Shown here: positions 28,526 to 36,709 of the stretch, one piece after another | Numbering within the stretch: the stretch's first letter is position 1 | Layout: each line of letters starts with the position of its first letter | Assembly: GCA_963700055.1 (NCBI GenBank) | Contig: CAVOWH010000001.1 | Location: 68,734 to 132,733, forward strand | DNA: 64,000 nucleotides | Reading direction: 5' to 3' | Origin: an uncultured delta proteobacterium | Lineage (GTDB): Bacteria > Desulfobacterota > Desulfobacteria > Desulfobacterales > SpSt-501 | Position numbers and translations under genes: made by a program | Notes under the pieces: model-generated | What the model saw: the letters and a program-made list of their open reading frames with translations, nothing else | Database searches by the model: none | What the model was told of the DNA's origin: nothing

Positions 28526-29812
28526 ATGTCCTGCTTCCTGATTTTTTATTGCTTTTCGTCAGGCTTACTGGCCGCTCCTAACCGAGTCGTTAAGCCGGCC
28601 GCCGCCTGTGCGGTCGCCAAGCCCGAGACCGAACCGCTTAAACCCAAAACAAAATCTAAGCCGGCCGCCAAGACCAAAACCGTAACCCGAACCCAGAAGA
28701 AAAAAGCCGATACGGCTGCTCAACCCCTGGTTTCCGCTAAAACCAAAAACAGAGCGGAAGCCATTGCCTCCGAGATTTCGACCGCCATTCCGGAAAACCT
28801 GGAAACCGAAATAACCAAGTTCTTTGGCTTGCGCTACCGCTTCGGAGGGGAAGGCCAAAGCGGATTCGACTGCTCGGGGTTGATCAAGCAGGTATACTCC
28901 GAAGTATTCGGAATTAATCTTCCGCGCAGTTCCGGCGAGCAGAGCCGGCTGGGCAGCCTCGATTCTGTTGATAAAGACGAGCTTAAGACCGGAGACTTGA
29001 TGTTCTTCGGACCTGGGCGCAAGACGGTGAACCATGTGGGTATGTACTTGGCCGGCGGGCACTTCCTGCATGCTGCACGCTCGGAGGGCGTCACCATCTC
29101 GCGTTTGGATGACGGCTATTGGAAATCGCGATACATGTTCTCGAAGCGCGCACGGGGACTGGATCTGGTCGATGACAGGGACGAGGACTCGGATCTAACC
29201 AATGTGTTGGTCAAGGATGCTTTCATCTCCTCTCTGGAGGGCGGGTATCAGGCTGAGTATTTCACTTTTCTGGAAGCCGGCATCCAAGTCAACGACACGC
29301 TTGAATTTCTTCTGAGCGGGTTTTTTCTAAATGCGCTTGAGCAGAACGACACACCGCCGGACCCCGAGTCATCGGCCGCGATTAAAGCGACGGACCCCTC
29401 CGAGATTGAAAGCGGATTCAGACTTGCCGCCGTTCTCTCTCCGTTGGAATGGATCAAATTGATTCCGTCCGTTACCCGGGTGGAAGAGGACAAACAAGCA
29501 AAGAATCGCGACCGCGAGCGCCAGAAGCTCGGTCTTGAGACCTGGATGGTCCTCCCGACTTCGCGGGTAGCGGTTTTCATGGCCGCCCACGCCAAGAACC
29601 AGGAAGACTTTTTCGAACGGCCGCTCGGCGTTTCTCCCGATTGGCAGAGCATGGATTTCGCGCTCGGCCTGCACTACCATTTATCGGATTCGCTTCGTTT
29701 TTCGCTCTGGGGAACGCAAGCCTACAATCCGGATCTTAAGGCGAACGAAGATGCCGGAAGGCGCAATTCGCCTGTCGATGACGTATCCTTCCAGTTCGAC
29801 ATCCGATTTTAA
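28526..29812 (+). CDS. NlpC/P60 (C40) cell-wall peptidase with K/T/P-rich linker and a beta-rich C-terminal domain ending in Phe
   Basis: YRFGGEGQSGFDCSGLIKQVY (catalytic Cys) and NHVGMYLAGGHFLHA (His). Start at ATG 28526 (MSCFLIFYCFSSGLLAAP, signal-like) with GGAG upstream. C-terminus is ...VSFQFDIRF. Confidence 0.85.
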   Translation: MSCFLIFYCFSSGLLAAPNRVVKPAAACAVAKPETEPLKPKTKSKPAAKTKTVTRTQKKKADTAAQPLVSAKTKNRAEAIASEISTAIPENLETEITKFFGLRYRFGGEGQSGFDCSGLIKQVYSEVFGINLPRSSGEQSRLGSLDSVDKDELKTGDLMFFGPGRKTVNHVGMYLAGGHFLHAARSEGVTISRLDDGYWKSRYMFSKRARGLDLVDDRDEDSDLTNVLVKDAFISSLEGGYQAEYFTFLEAGIQVNDTLEFLLSGFFLNALEQNDTPPDPESSAAIKATDPSEIESGFRLAAVLSPLEWIKLIPSVTRVEEDKQAKNRDRERQKLGLETWMVLPTSRVAVFMAAHAKNQEDFFERPLGVSPDWQSMDFALGLHYHLSDSLRFSLWGTQAYNPDLKANEDAGRRNSPVDDVSFQFDIRF

Positions 29813-30034
29813 GCCCTCAATCTACAAGCCACATTCCGTTCTCTCCAGTTCTTGGAGGTAATCGGCAGCCGCCAAGGTCATAGAAACTATCTATTCGTTT
29901 TAAATAAGTTATCAAATCAATCAATTTGCTTTTTGATTTCGCCCGGGGTACCAAGCGGCTCAGATCGGCCTGCCCGACAACGTCCCTGCGGACTACCAAG
30001 CAAGTGCGGCGGCCGGCCCCTCATCAAAAGGGCA

Positions 30035-31048
30035 ATGATGCGACTGCTGGCCTCTGAGACTGCTTACCGTTTAGTGCGATGGTCGCTGGGAGGAGTTTTT
30101 ATTTACGCCGGCGGCACCAAGCTGCTCGATATGGAAGCCTTTTCAGTGCTTATCGATTCCTACGGCATCGTACCGGATTTCCTGCTGATGGCTGTGGCGA
30201 TCGGGCTGCCCCTGCTGGAAGTCGTTGCGGCCGTGGGATTGATCGCTGACATCCGCGGGTCGCTTACGATCATCGGCGGGCTATTGGCGGTTTTCATGGC
30301 GATCCTCGCTTACGGGATATGGATGGGTCTGGATGTGGACTGCGGCTGTTTCGGCCCCGAGGATCCTGAATCCCGCGCTTACCACGGGCTGCGATCGGCC
30401 TTGTATCGGGATTTGGTGATGCTGGCGGGGGTGCTCTACATTTACGCCTGGCGCGCCTATCGGCGAAAATCGCCGTCGACGCTGGCGGATATCATTTCAT
30501 GCATTCGGAAAGGAGATGCAGTCATGGGCAAGGGAATGGTATGGGTGTTGGTAGGTATCGGGTTGATTCTGGGTGGATACGGCCTGGGGTTCGCCGCAGA
30601 CAAGTTCGAGGAAGAAGTCAAAATTGAACAGATCGCCGTGGGACTGGTCAACAACGTGAAGGAAGGCGGCTACAAACTGGTTACCACCGAAGAGCTCAAG
30701 AAATGGATCGATGCCAAAAAGGACATGATCCTGATCGACACCATGCCCTACGAGGATAGCTACAAGAAGGAGCACGTGCCGGGCGCCAAGCAGTTTCTTT
30801 TCCCCATTCCGGACATGAAGACCTGGGATGCCAAGGAGACGGCCGGAAAGAGCGAACAGGATTTTTTGCAAATGCTGGGGCCGGACAAGAACAAGCTGAT
30901 CGTGATCTACTGCGGCTTCGTCAAATGCACCCGCAGCCACAACGGTGCGATGTGGGCGGTGAAGAACGGCTATACGAACGTCTATCGTTACCCCGGGGGC
31001 ATTTTCGCATGGAAGGGTGCTAAATACCCTGTTGCCGAGGTGAAGTAA
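30035..31048 (+). CDS. MauE/DoxX-type membrane domain fused in-frame to a rhodanese domain (possibly two proteins)
   Basis: N-terminal half shows the MauE pattern (GGVFIYAGGTKLLD..., VDCGCFG). C-terminal half is rhodanese-like (ILIDTMPYEDSYKKEHVPGA..., VIYCGFVKCTRS active-site loop). No stop between them. AGGAG (30511-30515) plus an in-frame ATG at 30524 precede a signal/TM-like segment. Confidence 0.75.
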   Translation: MMRLLASETAYRLVRWSLGGVFIYAGGTKLLDMEAFSVLIDSYGIVPDFLLMAVAIGLPLLEVVAAVGLIADIRGSLTIIGGLLAVFMAILAYGIWMGLDVDCGCFGPEDPESRAYHGLRSALYRDLVMLAGVLYIYAWRAYRRKSPSTLADIISCIRKGDAVMGKGMVWVLVGIGLILGGYGLGFAADKFEEEVKIEQIAVGLVNNVKEGGYKLVTTEELKKWIDAKKDMILIDTMPYEDSYKKEHVPGAKQFLFPIPDMKTWDAKETAGKSEQDFLQMLGPDKNKLIVIYCGFVKCTRSHNGAMWAVKNGYTNVYRYPGGIFAWKGAKYPVAEVK

Positions 31049-31074
31049 GGCCGTCAATTAGGGAACCCGAATCG

Positions 31075-32133
31075 ATGAGCTCCGCTTCAAAAGACCAATC
31101 GATCCGCTTGACCACGACCGTCGCCGGATCCGGTTGAGCGTCCAAGCTGGCTCCGGGGGACCTGGATCGGGCCTTGTGCGGGATGGTGTTCCCGACCGAT
31201 GAGAATGTCATTGTCGGGCCGGACCGAGCCGATGACGCAGGAGTCTACAGGATATCGGACGACCTGGCCCTGATCCAGACGGTGGATTTCTTCACTCCCA
31301 TCGTCGACGATCCATATTGGTTCGGGCAGATCGCGGCGGCCAACGCCCTGAGCGATGTCTACGCCATGGGCGGGGTTCCCAAGACCGCCATGAACCTGGT
31401 GGCGTTCCCTGTCAAGACCATGGACATCGGCATCCTGCGGCGGATCATCCAGGGTGGTGTCGACAAGCTCACGGAGGCGGGTGTCGTGCTGGTGGGCGGC
31501 CACAGCGTCGAGGACAAGGAGCTGAAGTACGGGCTCTCGGTGACCGGCTTCGTCCACCCGCAGCGCGTGCTCACCAAGAAGAACCTCCGACCCGGCGACC
31601 GGCTGATCCTGACCAAGCCGCTCGGTACGGGCATCGTCAACACCGCGATCAAGGCCGGCATGGCGCCGGCCGGACTCGTCGACAAGGTGACCGCGCTCAT
31701 GGCGGCCCTGAACCGAACCGCGGCCGAAGTCATGGCGGCCTTCGACGTCCATGCCTGCACGGACGTGACCGGCTTCGGTCTTCTGGGCCACTTGGCGGAA
31801 ATGGTGTCCGGCGGCGGCGCGGGCGCAAGAGTCTTCGCGCGAAGCCTGCCGGTCGTTCCGGAAGCCTTGGAATATGCCTCCATGGGCCTAATCCCCGCCG
31901 GTGCTTACAAGAACAAGGAATTCCGGGAGGCGATGGTTGTCATCGAACCGGGGGTGGACCGCTCCCGTCAGGATCTCCTTTACGACCCGCAGACGTCGGG
32001 CGGGCTGCTGATCAGCGTGAACGGTACCCAAGCCGTCGATCTTGTGAAGGCCCTGAAGCTTGCCGGGATCGACGAATCCACGGAGATCGGTGAGGTGCTC
32101 GCCGGACCGGAAGAAACAATATGGGTTGTTTGA
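31075..32133 (+). CDS. selD: Selenide, water dikinase SelD, selenocysteine-containing (UGA at 31135..31137 read as Sec)
   Basis: The track ORF starts at 31174, but the same frame from ATG 31075 reads MSSASKDQSIRLTTTVAGSG-U-ASKLAPGDLDRALCGMVFPTDENVIVGP.... This reproduces the conserved SelD N-terminus (RLT...G-[C/U]-x-x-K) with UGA at the E. coli Cys17 position. Downstream are TVDFFTPIVDDPYWFGQIAAANALSDVYAMGG. Confidence 0.88.
31149..31173 (+). promoter_or_regulatory. Candidate bacterial SECIS hairpin for the selD UGA
   Basis: Starts 11 nt after the UGA. GGCU/GGCC outer pairs and CCGGG/CCUGG inner pairs can be drawn around a small G-rich apical loop (GGCUCCGGGGGACCUGGAUCGGGCC). Drawn by hand, not folded. 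Confidence 0.4.
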
Positions 32134-32239
32134 GGAGCCGTTCTTTTCCCCGACACCCAACACCGAGTACGAAACACTATACACCAAACCCCAAACCCCA
32201 AACCCCAAACACGAAACACCCATTTTGAAAGGTTTACCC

Positions 32240-32836
32240 ATGAAGGAAATCGATGCTCGCGGCCTGGCCTGCCCGGCACCTGTGCTGCACACCAAGGCCA
32301 CTCTCCAGGAAGAGAAACCGGCCGCCGTGAAGGTCGTCGTCGACAACGCGGCCTCCCAACAAAACGTTCAGCGCTTTTTGGAATCCCAGGGGTTTGAAAC
32401 CGTGCTAGAAAAAGTGGGCGGTGACTACCTCGTCATCGGTCGCTGCGGGGCCGCGCTGGAACCCACCGCGCGTGCTGCCGGTGCGCCGGGCGAGGATTTG
32501 AAAAAGATCATGGTCATGTGCGCGACGGACCGGATGGGGGTCGGGGACGATGAACTGGGCCTGAAGCTGATGGTCAACTTCCTGCGCACGTTGAAGGAGA
32601 TGGGGCCGGAGCTGTGGCGGCTGGTTTTTGTCAACAACGGGGTGAAGCTCGCGATCGACGGCTCGGAGGTGCTCCCCGATCTCAAAGCCTACGAAAATGC
32701 GGGCCTCAAGATCCTGGTCTGCGGCACCTGCCTGAACCATTTCAATTTGCTGGAAAGGAAAATGGTCGGCGAAACGACCAACATGCTGGACATCGTGACT
32801 GCCATGCAGCTGGCGGACAAGGTGGTCAATCTCTGA
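32240..32836 (+). CDS. yedF: Selenium metabolism protein YedF (TusA/SirA-like domain plus DsrE-like domain)
   Basis: Start at ATG 32240. MKEIDARGLACPAPVLHTK carries the TusA CPxP motif. The C-terminal half is DsrE/DsrF-like (IMVMCATDRMG..., LVCGTCLNHF). Confidence 0.85.
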   Translation: MKEIDARGLACPAPVLHTKATLQEEKPAAVKVVVDNAASQQNVQRFLESQGFETVLEKVGGDYLVIGRCGAALEPTARAAGAPGEDLKKIMVMCATDRMGVGDDELGLKLMVNFLRTLKEMGPELWRLVFVNNGVKLAIDGSEVLPDLKAYENAGLKILVCGTCLNHFNLLERKMVGETTNMLDIVTAMQLADKVVNL

Positions 32837-32883
32837 TCCTCCTCGATCCGCATGGGAAAACGTTAAACGCAAAGGAGGCTATC

Positions 32884-33093
32884 ATGAAGTACGGCGCACG
32901 CAACCGCATCAAAGCCAACGTCAAAAGCATGAAGAAAGGGGATGTCATGTCCCTGGTCAAGTTCACGGTGACCGAACCCCACGAGATGGCCTCGGTGCTG
33001 ACCACCGAATCCGTCACGGATCTGAAGCTGAAGGCCGGTGAGCAGATCGAGCTGATCATCAAGGCCATTCATGTACTTCCCGTCAAGGAATAG
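32884..33093 (+). CDS. mop: Molbindin (Mop / TOBE-domain) protein, 69 aa
   Basis: AAGGAGG RBS, then ATG 32884. MKYGARNRIKANVKSMKKGDVMSLVKF... matches the (I/Y)SARNxxKGxV TOBE pattern. Confidence 0.85.
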   Translation: MKYGARNRIKANVKSMKKGDVMSLVKFTVTEPHEMASVLTTESVTDLKLKAGEQIELIIKAIHVLPVKE

Positions 33094-33137
33094 CGCATTC
33101 TGAATAGACCCATGCACACCTGCGCTGGCCGGTCGCA

Positions 33138-33485
33138 TCACTCCGGCGCCAGCCGGGTGTCACCGGCGATGAACGGCGTGCAGCGCACCGCAACGCTGCC
33201 CTTCTTGATCCAGATGCGGATCATGGTCAGGGTGTTGCCTTCCATATCCACCACGCTGGGCAGTTCCTCGACGAACGCGATATCCGCCTTCTCGAACTCG
33301 AAGTAAAACGTGTTGGTGCTGTAAGGATCGGCGACCAGGATGATCTTCTCCGCGTCGTAGGGGTGCTTGCGGGGGCTGCCGGTGAAGGACACATTTCCCG
33401 CGCGCAGGGCGAGGAGGTCTTTGGGCTTGCGGTACGCCTGGATCTGAAACGATACGGATTCCTGGGGGTAATTCGTCTTCTGCAT
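33138..33485 (-). CDS. Conserved-looking hypothetical protein (115 aa)
   Basis: Clean ORF with GC3 bias and no recognisable motif. Confidence 0.55.
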   Translation of the reverse strand: MQKTNYPQESVSFQIQAYRKPKDLLALRAGNVSFTGSPRKHPYDAEKIILVADPYSTNTFYFEFEKADIAFVEELPSVVDMEGNTLTMIRIWIKKGSVAVRCTPFIAGDTRLAPE

Positions 33486-33646
33486 GCTGGGCTCCTCATG
33501 ATCCGGACGATTCGGCCGGCCTTGCAGCTGCTTTTTGCGGACGGCCTTTGAAAGCGAAGGAAAAGGTGCTAAAAGAACGCAACCAACGCCAGCTGAGCTT
33601 TTCTGCGCAGCGATAGGCGCTATATATTACCGATCGGTGGGGGTTC

Positions 33647-33964
33647 ATGCAACCGCTGACCAGTTACCAGGCGAAGTACCTGCGGGGCCTGGCGCATCGC
33701 CTTAAACCGGTGGTCTTCGTCGGCCAGAAGGGCATCACGGCGCCCCTGCTGGACTCCATCCAGGAGGCGCTGACCGCCCACGAGCTGATCAAGGTCAAAT
33801 TTCTCGATCTCAAAGACCGCCGCATGAAAGCGGAACACGCTGCCGAGATCGAGCGGCGGACCGGCAGCAGCCTGGCCGGGCTGATCGGGCACACCGCAAT
33901 TTTCTACCGGCCTCACCGGGACCGCGAGAAGCGCAAAATCGCCATGCCCATCAAAGGATCATAA
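33647..33964 (+). CDS. yhbY: YhbY-type CRM-domain RNA-binding (ribosome assembly) protein
   Basis: LTSYQAKYLRGLAHRLKPVVFVGQKGIT...ELIKVKF is the canonical YhbY/CRS1 pattern. Confidence 0.88.
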   Translation: MQPLTSYQAKYLRGLAHRLKPVVFVGQKGITAPLLDSIQEALTAHELIKVKFLDLKDRRMKAEHAAEIERRTGSSLAGLIGHTAIFYRPHRDREKRKIAMPIKGS

Positions 33965-33996
33965 CGCGCCTGCGGCGGTCGTCTCTGTTGGGGCCC

Positions 33997-35136
33997 TCAC
34001 GGGCTGGAGTTGGCGGCGCCTTCTTCTTCGACCTGGAGCACCAACCGCATTCCCGGCTGAATCTGCTTTTTGGAGTCCAGCCGGTTCCACGACCTCACAT
34101 CCGACACGCTCACGCCGTGCTTTACGGCGATCTCCGAAAGGGTGTCCCCCTCTTTGACGACATAAACAACTTCCTGCCGTTTCTCATCCGCCCGAGCCAG
34201 CAGTTGAAACAGGCGTTCGTGGAATCCAACGACGGCGCCCTTGGGAATGAGCAGGTGGTGCTGACCGGGCGATAGACGGAACCCGCGGATTTCCGGGTTG
34301 AGGTCCTTGATCATCTTGACGTCCGTGCGCGCCGCCTGGGCAACGGCCAGGATCGGCGTCTCACGGCCGGCCTCTAAGGAGATCTGTTCGAACGCGGCCG
34401 GCGGATAGATGTCATCCGGCTCCAAGCGGAAACCGTACTTCGCAGGGTTTTCCAGGATCAGTTTGGCGGTGAGGATCCGGAAGACATAGCGCTGGGTCTC
34501 GAGGGGCAGGTAAAGACGGTAATAGTCGCGCGTGCTTTGGGTGCTGATGTCGTTGCGCAGACCGTTCTCTCCCATGTTGTAGGCCGCCACGGCCAGGGTC
34601 CATGATCCAAAGAGCTGCTGCAGTTCCTTCAGATAGGCGATCGCGGCCTGCGTGGAAGCGAGGAGGCTGCGGCGCTCGTCTTTTTCGGAGTCCACCTGGA
34701 GGCCGTATTTGCGGCCGGTCGGCTCGATGAACTGCCAGTATCCCATGGCGCCCTTTGATGAGCCGGCGTGGGGGCGCAGGGAGCTCTCCGCGATGGCGAC
34801 GTATTTGAGATCCTGCGGCAAGCGCTGCGCGCGCAGCGCCTCTTCGATGGGCGCGAGGGTCTGGCGGGAGCGCTTGATCCACAGGATTACCTGGTGCGGG
34901 TCCGCCAGCACCGAGAGCATCTCACGCTCCAGGCGTTCACGCACATCCGGGTCTTGCAGCGGCACGGGCTCTCCGCAGTATTCCAGCGGCCCCCTGATGC
35001 GGGCGGCGGCGATAAGCGCCGAAAAATCAAGTTCCATCGCTGCCGCGGCGTCCGGCGAAAAAGGAGATGCGGCTGCGATCGCCGCGGCCAGCAGGGCGGT
35101 CAGCAGTCGTTTGCGCCGCTGGGGTAGTAACCGCAT
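33997..35136 (-). CDS. Lytic transglycosylase (MltD-like SLT domain) with C-terminal LysM
   Basis: Signal peptide, SLT motifs (AIAESSLRPHAGSSKGAMGYWQF, AAYNMG), and LysM (YVVKEGDTLSEIAVKHGVSVSDVRSWN). Confidence 0.88.
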   Translation of the reverse strand: MRLLPQRRKRLLTALLAAAIAAASPFSPDAAAAMELDFSALIAAARIRGPLEYCGEPVPLQDPDVRERLEREMLSVLADPHQVILWIKRSRQTLAPIEEALRAQRLPQDLKYVAIAESSLRPHAGSSKGAMGYWQFIEPTGRKYGLQVDSEKDERRSLLASTQAAIAYLKELQQLFGSWTLAVAAYNMGENGLRNDISTQSTRDYYRLYLPLETQRYVFRILTAKLILENPAKYGFRLEPDDIYPPAAFEQISLEAGRETPILAVAQAARTDVKMIKDLNPEIRGFRLSPGQHHLLIPKGAVVGFHERLFQLLARADEKRQEVVYVVKEGDTLSEIAVKHGVSVSDVRSWNRLDSKKQIQPGMRLVLQVEEEGAANSSP

Positions 35137-35151
35137 CGCGTTTCACCCCTC

Positions 35152-35430
35152 TCAGGAGCGAAGGGCGGCGTAGAGCGTCCAGCCCCCCACGATGACAAAG
35201 AAGATTCCGGCGCCGACTTTAATGGCGGTCGGAGAGACGAACCGGCTGATGCCGGCCCCCAGCAGCACCGCGATGAGCGAACTCAGCACCAGGGCACCGG
35301 CGGAGCCCAGAAAAACCGACAGCCGGTTGTCGCAGTCCGCAGAAAAGCAGAAGGTAGCCAGCTGGGTCTTGTCTCCGAGCTCGGCTAGGAACACCAGCCC
35401 GAAGGTGGTCAGCAGTAGTTTGAAATCCAT
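35152..35430 (-). CDS. UPF0016 (GDT1/TMEM165-family) single-repeat membrane protein
   Basis: ELGDKTQ signature (FLAELGDKTQLAT). Start at ATG 35430 with AAGGA upstream. Confidence 0.8.
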   Translation of the reverse strand: MDFKLLLTTFGLVFLAELGDKTQLATFCFSADCDNRLSVFLGSAGALVLSSLIAVLLGAGISRFVSPTAIKVGAGIFFVIVGGWTLYAALRS

Positions 35431-35486
35431 GGTTTTTCCTTTCGGCGCCACGGGCGCTGGAACCAAATGAGACCCAACGGGCCAGG

Positions 35487-36356
35487 TTAGAGGGCCCGCA
35501 TGAACTCCGGCTTGAGCGAGACCTCGCCGGCCAGGGCACGGTCGATCAGTCTCAGGGTGGCCGTTTTGTCTTTCGGCAGCCGGGCTTTGATCGGCAGGTA
35601 GTTCGAAGCGTGGTTCGCATGGAAGAGCCCTTGGGACAGGCTGGTTTCGGCTAGCATGGTGCGCAGCTCCGCGAGCATTTCCGCCGGCGTGATCAATGGA
35701 AAGACCCCCGCGCGCCAGTCCTCATACAGCGGTGTGCCGGGAATGAGCATCAAGCTGAGCGCGCCAACATAGTCCGGGTCGATGGCGGTCAGCACCCGAC
35801 CGGTCTCCCGGGCGTGCCGCTGAGAGCGATCGCGGCCGGCGATGCCCAGCAGCACCGTAATCGACAGCTTGAAGCCGGCTTCGCGGGCCTTGCGGCCCAT
35901 GGCGATCATCTTTGACGAATCCGCCCCCTTGTGGATGCGTCGCAGGGTCTCGTCGTCTCCGGTTTCAAGCCCCAGGTAGACGATGCCCAGCCCGAACCGA
36001 CGAAGCGCTTTCAATTCTTCGATGCTTTTGCGCTCGATGCTTTTGGCGTTGGCGTAGGCGCCCACCCGGGTGACCCAAGGCAGCTGGCTGCGGATTGTCT
36101 CTAAGATGAGGAGAAGGCGCGCTTGCGGAACGATCAGCGCATCGCCGTCGCACAGGAACACCCGCCGCTGGCGGCGGCAGCAGGCCGCGGCGAAGGCAAT
36201 GTCTTCCATGATGACGGCGTCGGGCTTGATCCGGAATCGTTCGCCGGCATAGGTGCCGCAGAAGGTGCACGAGTTGCGCGAGCAACCCACGGTGATCTGC
36301 AGCAGGATGCTGTTGGCTTCGCTGGGAGGGCGGATGATGGTACCTTCGTAATGCAT
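35487..36356 (-). CDS. Radical SAM-superfamily protein (Elp3/MiaB-type core, no SPASM or B12 domain seen)
   Basis: 289 aa with YEGTIIRPPSEANSILLQITVGCSRNSCTFCGTY, a three-Cys cluster spaced Cx4Cx2C (C25, C30, C33), plus GLETGDDETL. Confidence 0.85.
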   Translation of the reverse strand: MHYEGTIIRPPSEANSILLQITVGCSRNSCTFCGTYAGERFRIKPDAVIMEDIAFAAACCRRQRRVFLCDGDALIVPQARLLLILETIRSQLPWVTRVGAYANAKSIERKSIEELKALRRFGLGIVYLGLETGDDETLRRIHKGADSSKMIAMGRKAREAGFKLSITVLLGIAGRDRSQRHARETGRVLTAIDPDYVGALSLMLIPGTPLYEDWRAGVFPLITPAEMLAELRTMLAETSLSQGLFHANHASNYLPIKARLPKDKTATLRLIDRALAGEVSLKPEFMRAL

Positions 36357-36484
36357 GGCTCATAGGCTCGCGGAAGGCGCAAGCGCGGCGGAAGCCGCCG
36401 ATCGTTCCCGCGCCCGGAGATCGTTCTTTGCTCGTTCAACAGCGATGATTGGCGCGCACACCCTGGATGCCTCCAGCACACGCG

Positions 36485-36709
36485 TCACTGGTTGCCGAAG
36501 CCGTTCTGACCGCCGCAGTCCGGACATTCCCACGTGATGGCGTTGCACGTCATCCCCCACAGGTTCTCCAGCATGCAGCCCTGGCAGATGCGAAAGCCGC
36601 AACGACAGGACCAGCAGAAAGGAAAAACCTCCCCGCAGCAATGGCAGGTGACCGCACGGCCCCGCCGGTGTTTGCTGCGGTAGGGCGATTTATAGGCCGA
36701 GTCGGGCAT
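36485..36709 (-). CDS. Cysteine-rich small protein (74 aa, 11 Cys)
   Basis: GC3-rich ORF overlapping the upstream gene end by 20 nt. Cys motifs are CHCC, CWSCRC, CQGC and CPDC (zinc-ribbon-like). Confidence 0.5.
   Translation of the reverse strand: MPDSAYKSPYRSKHRRGRAVTCHCCGEVFPFCWSCRCGFRICQGCMLENLWGMTCNAITWECPDCGGQNGFGNQ

Noticed and set aside
35487-36709. RiPP hypothesis: the Cys-rich 74-aa peptide as precursor and the adjacent radical SAM as maturase
   Set aside because: The radical SAM protein has no SPASM or twitch auxiliary-cluster domain and no RRE-like region. A 128-bp gap separates the genes, and the peptide looks more like a zinc ribbon. It is kept only as a remote possibility.
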